A stretch of DNA of 64,000 nucleotides. Source: Octopus sinensis (Eukaryota). This document shows positions 1 through 12,249 of this stretch, piece after piece (position 1 is the first letter of the stretch; every line of letters starts with the position of its first letter). The notes beneath the pieces were generated by a model, which ran no database searches, had not been told where the DNA came from, and saw only the letters and a program-made list of their open reading frames with translations. The translations under genes were made by a program, and so were the position numbers. The stretch lies in NCBI RefSeq assembly GCF_006345805.1, contig NC_042998.1:178746001-178810000 (forward strand). Direction: 5' to 3'.

Positions 1-2915
1 GATAAGATAATTGAGGTAGACAGGGTATGTGATAGAGTTATTAAATTAAGACTTGTCATAGATAAATTAATAGTTACATTTATCTCCACCTATGCTCCCC
101 AGACTGGGCTGGTTGATGACCAGAAGGACCAATTCTACAAGTTCCTTCTGCAGACTACCGCAATGACAAGTGACAGGCTGGCAACTTTAATGGACATGCT
201 GGATAGCAGTCCAATGGATTCCATGGGGAGCTTGGTGGTTATAGCTTTGGCCCTAGAATTGAGGAGGGAACAAGGCTACTTGAGTTCTGTAATGCAAATG
301 ATCACATGATCTGCAACACTAACTTCAAAAAACCAGCCAGCCACCTAATCACTTATCAGTCTGGTGAGCACAAGAGCCAGATTGACTACCCCCTCACCAG
401 GCAATGAGATTTTCAGATGCTCGCAAATGCAAAGTCACCCCAACATAGGCTACTAGTTAGTGACTACAGAATTAGGTCTAGAAAGGCTCAAAGAAATAAA
501 ACACACTGGAAAAGAAGATTATGGAAACACAAAGACCCAGCAAGCCATCAGATATTTAGAGATATTCTAGTGGAAGCTTTTTATGAAAGAGAAGAGTAGA
601 AGGGGTCATATAGCTTAGAGGACAATTGGAAGTTTCTGCAGGACAATCTGCTGAGGACTTCAAAGCAAATCTGTGGCTGGTGCAAAGTCTGGAGGCCAAG
701 GGTGGCATGGTGGTGGAACAATGAGAAAGACAGTGCCATAAAAGCAAAGAGACAAGCCTGGGAAGGCAGGAAAAAAGGTGGAAGCAGAGAATCCAGGAGG
801 TAATCTATGTTTACATAGCAAAAAGGAATAGCAGAAGAGAAGAAGTTTGCCAATGTTTTACAGCACAAGGATCAGAGGCATGAAGTGTTCCAGACTGCAA
901 AGCAGTGTGTCAGGGAGAATAGAGATGTGTTGGATGAGAAATATGTGCATATGGATAAGGCGGTGAGGTGGCAGAATCGTGAGCACGCCGGGCAAAATGC
1001 TTAGCGGTATTTCGTCTGCCGTTACGCTCTCAGTTCAAATTCCGCCAAGGTCAACTTTGCTTTTCATCCTTTCGGGGTCGATTAAATAAGTACCAGTTAC
1101 GCACTGGGGTCAATATACTTGACTCAATCCGTTTGTCTGTCCTTGTTTGTCCTCTCTGTGTTTAGCCCCTTGTGGGTAGTAAAGAAATAGGTATATTTGC
1201 ACTTAGTGTCTCAAAGAAGAAAGATGCATGGAAGTGTCACTATGAAAGGTTACTAAATGTGGAAAATGAATGGGAGGAGAGTCTTTCAAATATCAAACCA
1301 ATTAAAGGACAAGCAATCAGAGTTAATAGCAGTATAAGAGATAAAGCAATTAAAGATATGAAGACAGTGAAAGCCCCTGAACCCTTGGGTGTCACTGCTG
1401 AGATGATAAGAATCCTCAGTGGTGTGGGATACAACCTAGTCACTTGCATTGTTAATCCGGTTATTCAGGAAGGCACCATCCCCACTGGCTGGTGCAGTAG
1501 TATTATAGTTAGCTGCTACAAGGGTAAAGGTGATGCTTTAGATAGAAACAACTAGAGATATCAAAGCACTGGACCAGGTCATGAAAGTTACAGAGAGAGC
1601 TATAGCTCAACTGATTAAAAATAGAATCAAACTAGATGAGATGCAGTTTGATTTTGTGCCTGGGAAGAGTACCATAGATGCCATCTTCCTAGTGAGACAG
1701 TTGCAGGAAAAGTATTTGGCCAAGAGTAAACCACTGTACTTGGTTTTTGTCGACCTGGAGAAAGCTTTTGACAGAGTCTCACACTCTGTTATATGGTGAT
1801 CTCTAAGGAAGTTAGGAGTAGAAGAGTGGCTTGTTAGAGCTGTACAAGCCATGTACAGAGGGGCTGTCAGTAAGGTGAGAGTCAACCATGAATACAATGA
1901 TGAATTTAGTGTAAAGTTAGGGGTTCACCAGGGCTCAGTTCTTAGTCCACTTTTATTCATCATAGTCCTCCAGGCTATAACAGAGGAATTCAAAACTGGA
2001 TGCTCATGGGAATTACTATACGCTGATGACTTCGCTCTTGTTGCAGAATTGCAGAAGAAATTCCAGGTATTAAAGCAAAACCTGGAATCAAAGGGCCTTA
2101 AAGTTAAACTAGCTAAGACCAAAGTTGTTGTTAGCTAGAAAGCAGATAAGACTCTAATTCCATCAGGTAAATGGTACTGTTCAATCTGCACCATATGTAA
2201 GCTACGTAAGTAGATTAACAGATGAGGTCACCTTTGTGTGTGGCAGATGTGCAGGAACAATAAGCACTAAGAGCAGACTCTCTCAAATATCCAGGAGGCT
2301 CTCTTGAGGTAGTAGATAGTTTCTGTCACTTAGATGACCAAATTAGCAATGGGAGTGGATGCTCTGAAAATATTGTTTCTAGAATATGAATAGGATGGAG
2401 AAAGTTCAGAGAGCTACTACCTCTGTTGGCAACAAAAGGACTCTCTCTTAGAGTGAAAGGTAGATTGTATGATGCTTATTTACAAACAGCTATACACCAT
2501 GGTAGTGAAACTTGGGCTCTAAATGCAGAGGACATGTGCAGAAAGAGAGAAATGAAGGCAATGTGCTCCGCTTGATGTGCAGAGTCAATGTGCATGAATG
2601 ACAAAGCACAAATGTGTTGAGAGAAAAGTTGGGCATAAGAGGAATCAAATGCAGTATATGCTGGTTTGGGCATATGATGTGTATGAATGAAGATAGCTGT
2701 ATAAAGAAGTGCTGGTTAGTGAAAGTGGATGACACCTGTGGAAGAGGGAAACCCAGGAAGACATGAGATGAAGTGGTGAGGACTGATCTCAGGATGTTGG
2801 AACTCACAGAGGAAATGACACTGAACTGAGATGTCTGGTGATAAACCTGATACTTACGTCCAGATTCAGTAATATTAAATGGATGGGAAATGAGCCTGGT
2901 CTTGAATAAATATGT
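1..2915 (+). mobile_element. Degraded RTE-clade non-LTR retrotransposon (APE endonuclease + reverse transcriptase), running off the left edge
   Basis: Frame 1 reads DKIIEVDRVCDRVIKLRLV..STYAPQTGL, then GNFNGHAG and SQIDY (APE motifs). ORFs at 1172-2138 carry RT motifs (STIDAIFLVRQLQEKYLAK, FVDLEKAFDRV, GVHQGSVLSPLLF, LLYADD). Many stops and frameshifts. Confidence 0.93.
958..1196 (+). mobile_element. tRNA-derived SINE inserted into the RTE ORF
   Basis: Head ggtgaggtggcagaatcg...cagttcaaattcc (A/B-box-like) and body shared with copies at 6.1, 20.3 and 21.3-23.2 kb. It splits the LINE peptide MD..AL(S/T)..KK(D/E)AW that is continuous in the 35.9 kb copy. Confidence 0.8.
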
Positions 2916-3319
2916 CATTCTATTGCAAGAAACATTCTCAGCTTCGTTTCTTATTCTTCACACAGAAGTGAAATGAGAAAGTACAAAGGACTAGAATTAA
3001 ATATCGTGCTCAGAGACATAGCATAATAAATGCAGGAGACATGGACTTGTGCTTCTCCCATTTGACAATTTTATTACAACATTCCAACAAATATCTTCAG
3101 TCATATTTGATGAAGCAGAGTTTTCTATGGCCAGATGTACTTCCTGTCACCAACCCTCGCCTACTTCCAAGCAAAGTAACACTTTCCCTTGTCTATTAAA
3201 TAACAACCTAGACATGCTTTTGTAGAAGGATTGCAAACAAATAGCATGGGTTGTTATGAATGTAGCTTTTTGCTTACAATTGGGGCATACATGTCAAGGG
3301 AATAATACATATACACATG

Positions 3320-3668
3320 TGGCCGTTGCAAGCACCGCCCCGACTGGCCTCGTGCCAGTGGCACGTAAAAAGCACGATCCAATCGTGACTGTTACCAGCC
3401 TCGCCTGGCCCCCATGCTGGTTGCACGTAAAAAGGACCATCCGTCCGTAGCCGTTTGCCAGCCTTGTCTGGCACCCGTGCCGGTGGCACATATAAGGACC
3501 CACTACACTCACGGAGTGGTTGGTGTTAGGAAGGGCATCCAGCCGTAGAAACATTGCCAGATCAGACTGGGCCTGGTGCAGCCTTCTGGCTTCCCAGACC
3601 CCAGTTGAACCGTCCAACCCATGCTAGCATGGAAAGCGGATGCTAAACAATGATGATGATGATGACGA
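3320..3668 (+). mobile_element. (GAT)n-tailed RTE 3'-end repeat (5'-truncated LINE or LINE-tail SINE)
   Basis: ggaagggcatccagc...ccatgctagcatgg...gatgatgat, the same family as the 3' end of the RTE at 33.8 kb. Confidence 0.85.
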
Positions 3669-4604
3669 CATGCTCACATTCTTATTGGCTTCTGCCAAAT
3701 TTTTCTCACAAGGCATTGGTTAACCTGTGGCTACAGCAGGCACCAGAATTCTATCAGCACATGCCATGATCTTGTAGGATGCCAACAAAAAGTGTCTTAT
3801 GTACACAACTTGATATAACTAGTTATAGATGAGCCTGTGAAAGAGTTTCTAGGTCATTGCTCAATCTGCTAGAAAAAGCAGCCAACTCTCTTCCAAGTCA
3901 CAATCTTTTCTCATAAAGAAAAGGATACACTGGAATGATGCAATGTTAGATATATAGTATAGGATGTTCTTTTGATCATAGGCATGTTTGATCAGAACCA
4001 ACCTAGGATTAAACAAGAACAACAACAGCATAATACACATAGTTATAATGCTGCCATATAACTAGGAAAATGATCTTTAAAGAAGACCAATAAACTGCTG
4101 TTGGTAGTTGACTTAAGAAAGATATAGCTACACTGACACTGATATTCACTAATAACAATATTGTAATTTACTTCGTGATTCACATTTTTTCTTTTAGTTC
4201 AAATCAATTTTTATCACTTTTGAGATGATAAAATATATATTGGTTAAACAGGAGAGGCGGGACAATTTTGCTGTAAAATGCCAAAATGACCAGATGCTTG
4301 AAATTGCAACTTGGTGATTAGTAACTTTGAATTTAAGCCCTAACAGATATGGGTACCAGATCTGTGGTTGTTCTAGAGAAATACATTTAAAACAAACCAC
4401 TGAATATTCCCAAAGAGAATGGTAATAAAAAGGAAGTCAGTTGTAATACACATCAATGTCAAAAGATGTGTGTAAACAAGACATAATTAACAAGGAAGGT
4501 GCAGTCTAGCAAAAGCAATAAAATGATTAAAAATAGAACATTACTGCAGCCTGATACTTTTTCAGCCTTTTTTCCCCACTTCTGTTTAATAAAGGAAATG
4601 AATC

Positions 4605-4885
4605 ATGATCATCGTTTAACGTCCGCTTTCCATGCTAGCATGGGTTTGACGATTTTGACTGAGGGCTGGCGAACCAGATGGCTGCACCAGGTTCCAATCT
4701 TGATTTGGCAGAGTTTCTACAGCTGGATGCCCTTCCTAATGCCAACCACTCCAAGAGTGTAGTGGGCGCTTTTTACGTGCAACTGGCACAGGGGCCAGTC
4801 AGGCAGTACTGGCAACGACCTCGCTCGAATCCTTTTACACATGTCACCAGCACAGGTGCCAGTAAGGCGACTTGGATGACTATGA
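4605..4885 (-). mobile_element. (GAT)n-tailed RTE 3'-end repeat
   Basis: catcgtttaacgtccgctttccatgctagcatggg... is the reverse-strand copy of the family tail. Confidence 0.85.
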
Positions 4886-5169
4886 TAAAATGTATCAGTT
4901 GTTGGATAGGTTATTTTCTTTGTTGCTCTTTCTTAGATATTAGATTATAGTCATCAAGAAGTGCAGTTTAATTACCAACTTAATCCAAATGAAAGACAAA
5001 ACCACGGCATTAAAAAAAAACCTCCAACTAAGAGGCATTATAATATATTTGATTTAAACAAAAGCAGTTTATGATCTAATTTGATAACAAGTAATATGTT
5101 CTTTCATAATAACCTGAAATGAATGCATACCAATGTGGCTGCTTCAGAATTATATAAAGATATACTTAC

Positions 5170-5255
5170 AATCTGGACATTTCCATTCTGGCAGAGTTGA
5201 AAGTGCTAGCAATGGAATCATATATTCTATACTAGGTCCTTGGTAAAGGGGTAAT
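5170..5255 (-). CDS. SLC23A: SLC23/NAT transporter, third coding exon in the window: (R)LPLYQGPSIEYMIPLLALSTLPEWKCPD
   Basis: Acceptor ttctttatgcag|A and donor GATT|gtaagt; 86 bp. It completes the phase-2 Arg codon from the 6438 exon and resembles the SVCT RLP..Q...F....WKC segment. Confidence 0.9.
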
Positions 5256-5554
5256 CTGCATAAAGAATAAATATTAAAATGGTTATAAGAGAAATAAGTG
5301 TTGATTTTTCTTCTAAAGATAAATCAATAGATTCATCCATGTAAACAAGAATGAGAAAAGAATTTATTTATTTCATAAGCAGAAGGTCCTTTTTTCAATA
5401 GAAATAAATGTACAGTTAAACTCCAATCTAAAGTTATGCTGGCAGCCTGACACACCTGCATGATTGCAGGTGTAAATTCAGAGGTGCAGTCTTGCCACTC
5501 ACAGTGACATGCAGATTCTGCCTGAGAATTACATAAAGAGTAAAGGGGTCCAAA

Positions 5555-5873
5555 GGCATGTGGCTTAATGGTTAGAGTATTCAGTTCATGATCGTAAGGT
5601 CGTAAGTTCAATTCCTGGCAATGCACTGTGCCCTAGAGCAAGACAATTTATTTCACATTACTCCAATTCACTCAACTGGTAAAAATGAGTAGTACCTGTA
5701 TTTCAAAGGGCCAGCCTTGTCACACTCTGTGCCAACATGAATCTCCCTGAGAACTATGTTAAGAGTACACATGTCTGTGGAATGCTCACAGCCACATGCA
5801 TGTTCATTTCATAGCAAGCTGTTCCATTGATCAGATCAACTGGAACCTACTTTGTCGTAACCAACACAGTGCC
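5555..5873 (+). mobile_element. tRNA-derived SINE with a conserved central domain
   Basis: A-box tggcttaatggtt, B-box gttcaattcc, then gtgccctagagcaagaca..ctccaattcactcaactgg. A related copy lies at 31.0-31.3 kb. Confidence 0.75.
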
Positions 5874-6069
5874 TGTTTAAAAGGGATCCATGGAATGTTC
5901 AACCACTTATACACTAATTCAATGAGAAGATAATCCAACTGATTGAACAAATGAATCCCCATCATCCAAACCAATGGATAACCATCTTTGTTGTACCCAA
6001 GACTCGTCCAACCAATTCTAGCTTACAAATAGAGACAATAAAATGTTGATAAAAAATCACAGTGATAGA

Positions 6070-6285
6070 AGGTGGTGAGCTAGCAGAATCATTAGCACAC
6101 CGGGGAAAAATACTTAGTGGTGTTTCATCTGTCTGTATATTCTGAATTTAAATTCTACCAAGGTCAACTCTGACTTTCATCCTTTTGGGGTTGATAAAAT
6201 AAGTACCAGTTGAGCTCTGGGGTCGATGTTATTGACTTAACTCCTCAGCCGAAGTTGCTGGCCTTATGCCAAAATTTGAAATCAA
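6070..6285 (+). mobile_element. tRNA-derived SINE, same family as 958-1196
   Basis: ggtggtgagctagcagaatc...aggtcaactctgactttcatccttttggggttgataaaataagtaccag. Confidence 0.75.
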
Positions 6286-6437
6286 TAATGACTGATTCGT
6301 AACAAATCCCTCCAGGGTTACTCCCAAGTCATTTTGATAGCCAGTGGGGCAGACATCACTAGAAATTCCAAAATATATTATAAAAAGAAGAACTAAAAAT
6401 ACAAAAAAAAAAAAACCATTTAAAGGTAAACACTCAC

Positions 6438-6595
6438 CTAATGCCAATAACTGTTTGCAGAAGGCTACAACAACCAGACATTAGCATTGTTGTACATAAA
6501 AGTTTTGCTTTGAAATCTTCATCTGCCTGAGCACACACTAAATTAGCAACTGTAAGGGACACTGTTAGACTCCCAGATAAGGATAATAGTGCTTG
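6438..6595 (-). CDS. SLC23A: SLC23/NAT transporter, second coding exon: QALLSLSGSLTVSLTVANLVCAQADEDFKAKLLCTTMLMSGCCSLLQTVIGI(R)
   Basis: Acceptor tttgattttgcag|CAA and donor ATTAG|gtgagt; 158 bp, phase 0 to 2. It aligns by eye with SVCT TM1-TM2 (..LCVG..LIGTIF..SGI.TLLQT..G.R). Confidence 0.92.
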
Positions 6596-6619
6596 CTGCA
6601 AAATCAAATATATATATAA

Positions 6620-7040
6620 AATACAAAATGGGACAAGAACGCAAAATATCAGGACAACTAGGTGAAACAAAAGGGGAAACAAAATATCCAGATAGACGAT
6701 ACAAAAAATCAAGGACAGGTCATTTGAAGCTTTCTATCCTCAGTCAAGAACCGGATCATCCTCGCAATTTCGGCTGACTAATCCTGAGATTGCTCCAATC
6801 TGGCCAGACCCAAGAAAAAAACTAAGCTAAGAGCATTAGATTCCTTGGAAGAAAGCATCAAATGTATACGAAAACAAGGAGAGAAAAACAGAGAATATTA
6901 CATAAATATAAATACAAAATACAATAAAAATAATAATAATAACAGGACATAACAACAGGTATCTTTCGACTGGGGACGAATTGAATTCAGCTGGTGTGTG
7001 TGGAAATGAAGCCTTACGGCAGAGATATAAAACTTTCACA
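6620..7040 (-). repeat. Interspersed repeat family E, Penelope-tail-like; second copy at 57975-58340
   Basis: Its reverse complement matches 58.0-58.3 kb (ttcttccaaggaatctaatgc...cagccgaaattg(c/t)gaggatgatc(c/t)ggttcttgactga). Confidence 0.7.
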
Positions 7041-8307
7041 AACACAGGGAAGAATATATATATATATATACACACACATATAAATGTACATACATATTGT
7101 GTGTGAGTGGTAAACAAAAACAAATAGCTAGTTCAAAACAACACTACATGCGTTCCAATAGTGTGGTTTATTTGAAATATGAGTCCATTGCATAACTTAA
7201 TAAATAACATTATGGAAATTTGTATTACTACTATAACTATTCCATTTGTATGTGTGTGTGTGTATTAATAAACTAGGAGAACAGAGATTTACATATCTAA
7301 GTTTTATTAATCACATCTTTCCATATATATGTGTGTGTGTGTGTGTATACACACACACACACACACATTCATGTTTTATGTCTGCTTTTCCATCCTAGCA
7401 TTGGTTAAATGTATACATACTATTGAAATATTGTTTTACTACAGCCTGTTACTAAATCTTACTAGTTTTTCAATTAAGAGCATTTTTTTCAGTCCATTCA
7501 TATTTGAAAGAGTAGATCTAGCAGGATAGCTTGTTACTAGAGAATTGTCAACAAACAACACCATTAGTAGTTCAATACCTTTTCCATACAAAGTGCAAGA
7601 ATATTAACACACACACACACACACATATATGTGGTGGGCTTCTGTAGAGCGTGTGTCTACCAAATTACTCATAAAACATTCACTGACCTAAGACTACAGT
7701 AAAAGAGACTTGATCAAAGTGTTATGCAACAGGACTGGATCTGAAAGCATGTAGTTGAGAGGAGCAAACTTCCTAACCATAGAACCATGCTGGTGAATAT
7801 ACATGTATGTGTGCACATGCATATACACAAAGGATGTCTCAGGATGTTTCTAGACAGCATGTTGTGCTTTTTACTCTCCAATAGAAAAACACTTGTGGCT
7901 ACGCATCAGTGGCAGCTCACCTCCAGAGTTCCTTTGTCACACTTCTGTGACCTCATCAGTGGTCCTTTGCTTTCTTCTTTCTTATTTGTGTGTCCCTCCT
8001 TACTAACGATCAGCCATTTTGTATTCCTATTGTATGTCTCTTTATTTGCATATGCGTATACCCCTATGTGTGTCTATGTTTAGTAAGTGCGTGTGTTTAC
8101 TGTTTACTTGCCTTGACATTGCATGATAGTTGTAAGTGACTGTCATGCAAGTGGTGTCCTTTGTATCCAATCTTGTATGAAAACATGTCTGGGCATGATG
8201 AAATGTTACCTTTCTTGGAAACAGGTGAAGGATGACAACAGAAAAGCATCTAAATGTGCAAAATCTGCCTGATCTAATGCAGCATGGAAAAGCAGATGTG
8301 TGATATA

Positions 8308-8372
<65 letters not shown>

Positions 8373-8535
8373 TTATATATTTGTTTTGTATGCCCAGACA
8401 TGTTTTCATACAAGATTGGAAACAAAGGACTTACAACAATCATGCAATGTCAAGGCAAGTAAACAGTAAAATAATCACACACAAACACACACACACATAT
8501 ATTTTATATAATATAAATAAAGTTAGACAAAGCCA

Positions 8536-8608
8536 GTTTATGAGATTACATTGGGTTTCACATCCATAAAGTGCTTAGCTTTACGGCATATCATCAGATC
8601 CTGAAACC
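8536..8608 (-). ncRNA. Type I hammerhead ribozyme motif (family B, left arm)
   Basis: Minus strand: CUGAUGA (8597-8591), stem II around loop ctaagca, GAAAC (8559-8555), GUA triplet. Stem III is weakened (ACC-caa-tGT). Confidence 0.6.
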
Positions 8609-8663
8609 TGTCAGCTTAATGCCTCTCAAACGAGCCACTCACTAGAGAGGCATTAAGCCAACA

Positions 8664-8737
8664 GGTTTTGGGATTTGATGATATGCCATAAAGCTAAGTA
8701 CTTTATGGATGTGAAACCCAGGGTAATCTCATAAACC
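8664..8737 (+). ncRNA. Type I hammerhead ribozyme motif (family B, right arm)
   Basis: Stem I ggttttgggat/atctcataaacc; core uUGAUGA (8675-8681, C3U); stem II ccataaag/ctttatgg; GAAA 8713-8716; stem III ACC-cag-GGU; cleavage triplet GUA at 8723-8725. Confidence 0.65.
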
Positions 8738-8959
8738 AGCCTTATATAACTTTATTTATATTATATACTGCTCTATAACTTAGAGTGTGCTTCTTTTTCC
8801 GATTTATGTCTTACTAACGATAGGTATATATATATATATATATATACGATATAGTGCATATTTATACACATAAGGAATCCACTTAGCGTTAGACCACTGG
8901 AAATGTAAATTTTGATTGAATATCTTAATTTTAATTAAATTCCATTTTCCTTTGATATG

Positions 8960-8997
<38 letters not shown>

Positions 8998-9103
8998 TAC
9001 ATATGCACACACACACACACATATATATTCCTGAGCATTATACTAATACATCTGTTGATGTCTACACCACCTGTCTTCATCTTTTGTTTTTTTTATGAAT
9101 TCT

Positions 9104-9151
<48 letters not shown>

Positions 9152-9304
9152 ATGTATATGTATAGATATGGACATACGTATGCACATACACCTGCACACA
9201 CATATATATGATGGGCTTATTTCAGTTTCCGTCAACTAAATCTATTCACAAGGCTTTGGTCAGCCCTAACCTATAGTAGAAGACACTTGCCCAAGGTGCC
9301 TATG

Positions 9305-9336
<32 letters not shown>

Positions 9337-9377
9337 TATATACGGACTCATACACATATATACATCTATGCATAAGT

Positions 9378-9409
<32 letters not shown>

Positions 9410-9957
9410 TTGTATGTGTGCATGTGTATAAATGGAAGAAAAAGTACTAAATACATGTGATGGAGCATCTCAATATATAAAAATGCAATCCAGGGATGTG
9501 AGTGTAGGAAGTTTGTAAGCTTCAAGCAGTGTGTGGTAGGTATAAAGAACAAGAGGTGGACAGTGGATGATGAGAAACAATAACAATTCATGTGTATCAA
9601 GGGTTACATGCTTTTTCTTGTATCGAAGTTGTATGGAAATTCAATAAGCTGATTTTTAAATGAAGCAGGACAGCAATGCTCCTTTGAATAAAGTTAGATG
9701 TAATTTGATAAAATAATACACACATTGTTCAAGCAACAAACACAAAGTATAAAACAATACAAAATAATGATACTACTAGTCTATCCAGTTCTCATTTCTA
9801 TAAGGACTGACTACTTTCTGTTCTTTTCATGAATGTCTTTCTGGTCACAATTCAATGCTATCATTACAAATTTCTGACTTTGTTTAAAAATAGGACAGTT
9901 TTCTGAAAGTTATTCTAAAGCTTCAGTTATTTCACTATACTTTGATAGGTCTAGTCA

Positions 9958-10465
9958 TCATCATCGTTTAACGTCTGCTTTCCATGCTAGCATGGGTTCA
10001 ACGATTTGACTGAGGGCTAGCGAACCAGATGGCTGCACCAGGCTCCAATCTTGATGCCCTTCCTAACGCCAACCACTCCGAGAGTGTAGTGGGTGCTTTT
10101 ACATGCAGCCAGCACGGGGGCCAGTCAGGCGGTATTGGCAATGACCTCGCTCGAATCTTTTTACACATGCCACCAGCACAGGTGCCAGTAAGGTTACGCT
10201 GGTAACGATCACGCTCTTGAATGGTGCCTTTTATGTGCCACCGGCACGGAAGCCAGTTAGTCGCTCTGGCAACGATCATGCTCGGATGGTGCTCTTAGCA
10301 CCCTACTAGCACAGGGCGCAAGTGCCAGTAAGGTGACGCTGGTAATAATCACACTTGAATGGTGCCTTTTATGTGCCACTGGCACGGAAGCCGGTTAGCC
10401 ACTCTGTCAATGATCACACTTGTATGGTGCTCTTTGCACCCTGCTAGCACGGATGCCAGTCATCG
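9958..10465 (-). mobile_element. (GAT)n-tailed RTE 3'-end repeat with several internal tandem units
   Basis: catcatcatcgtttaacgtc... followed by repeated gtgcc..tta(c/t)gtgccac units. Confidence 0.8.
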
Positions 10466-12249
10466 AATTTGATTCCTATTGCTAAAATGAAAAGTGGAAA
10501 AGACTAGTTTGCTATCTGGACTAGTTCAGAATTGCAATTTTGTTAACTTCTTAAGGGTGCCATGAGAGAGGGTTTTGTTATCATCATTCAATAGATCTTA
10601 ACCCTACTTCCTGTGCCAAGGCCATTGTTGAGTGAAACTGTTTCATCTGCTACACTGTAGTCTTCTTTAACTACCTTACAATATAATTTTGATTAAACAC
10701 CAAAGAGACTTTGTTTCACTTCTTGGATATTTTTAATACTTTTTATTGCTTGCATAGTGTAATTTTCCCAGAATTCTTTGACAAACTGATGTTTTATCAT
10801 CAGTTGCTGTAATGAGTTAACTTAAAACGCTTCTAAGATAACATGCCTCAAGAGAAAGAGGATTTGCATATGTGAGTAGGGGGGAAAAATCTCGCAATTT
10901 AGCCATTCTTACTAGACAAAGCTGGTATGTAATGGTTGGTTGTTGTAGGGAAGAAGGCAGTGAGGTAAGGACTCTTAGAGTGATCCCTCCCATGCCTAGA
11001 CAGCATAATAGGCATAACTAGAAGTTGTTATGGCACCCAATAGATACTCAGTTTGAATCATGGTAGACTAATGCCTAAAAATGTACTGAGAAAAAATATA
11101 TGGACAGGGCAAGCCAACGAGTGAGCATCTATACACTCATTCAATCTGGGAGAAATGGTAGCCAAATATCTTTTAAATCATATCCAACCACTTTCAAAAA
11201 GAAGCAAGATAGTTTAAGATAATATCATGTCTGAATTAAAAACAGTTGGAATGCCATTGATCATCTGTAGATAGGTGAGCTCAACAGGGCTGACTAGGAT
11301 TAAACAAGAACAATAAGGACAGGAAGGACTTAGAAAAGTATACAAGTTTTGAAATTTAATATTGGGCCAACATTTGTTTCAGAAGATAAGAAACAAAAGG
11401 AGGGATAGGAGGAGTGGCACATGTAGGTTTGGTTCTGACACAAGCAGAAAGATCAGTGAGGGTCAAGCAAGACTGATGTGAAAAAGCTAATTCATAAACG
11501 CAAATGCTTTTCAGGATAAGCATACATTTGTCAGTAGGTATAGTAATACAGTTACTTGAACAGGAAGTCTCTAATATGTATTTTGAGAGTATGGTGGTCT
11601 ATTTTAAACAATAAGCAAGTATTCAGTGTTAACATTTAAGAGTTTTATGAACATAGTTTGCAATTAGAACAGTAAGAACAAAGGTAGTGAAAGACAGATA
11701 AAAAGTTGCAAGTATGTGTAGAAACATAATTAGGATTAATGATGAATGAGAGACACATAGACACTGGAAAAGTAAAGAAGGGAGAGAGAGACAAAAAAGC
11801 AGGTGGAAAGGAAATGATATATATAGAAATTATTATAGTTTCTGTTTCAGTTATTTAATTTCAGTTATGGCATTTTTTAAAAATTTGATAAAAAAAATAT
11901 TCAGGTTAAAATGCTACTGTAATTCTGTTAAATATCTAAATTCTTTAGATATCTTTCCAATATCATGAAATAAGGTCTGGAAATATAAAGGGGTAGAGGT
12001 AAAATACAATATAAAGTTTTAAGAATTATTATTTATGAGGTTCGTTTTTATAACAAATACCAAACTTATTCATGTATAATACACACTTTTCCCAGACACT
12101 TAAACTTAAAAATTAGGATTGGGCATTGGATATGAGGATTGTTGCTTATTTTTGTCTTAAGTGCATGGCCATAGTTGGGGTGGCATGTTCAAGCTAATTG
12201 AAGTTTAAATCATTATAATGATGTTCAATATCACTATGATAGTGATATA

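Noticed and set aside
3294-3617. Recurrent ORFs containing LQLDALPNANHS
   Set aside because: They are antisense translations of the repeated RTE tail, not a protein family.
2915-5169. Further SLC23 exons
   Set aside because: No segment translates to the expected next region; the gene continues beyond the left edge.
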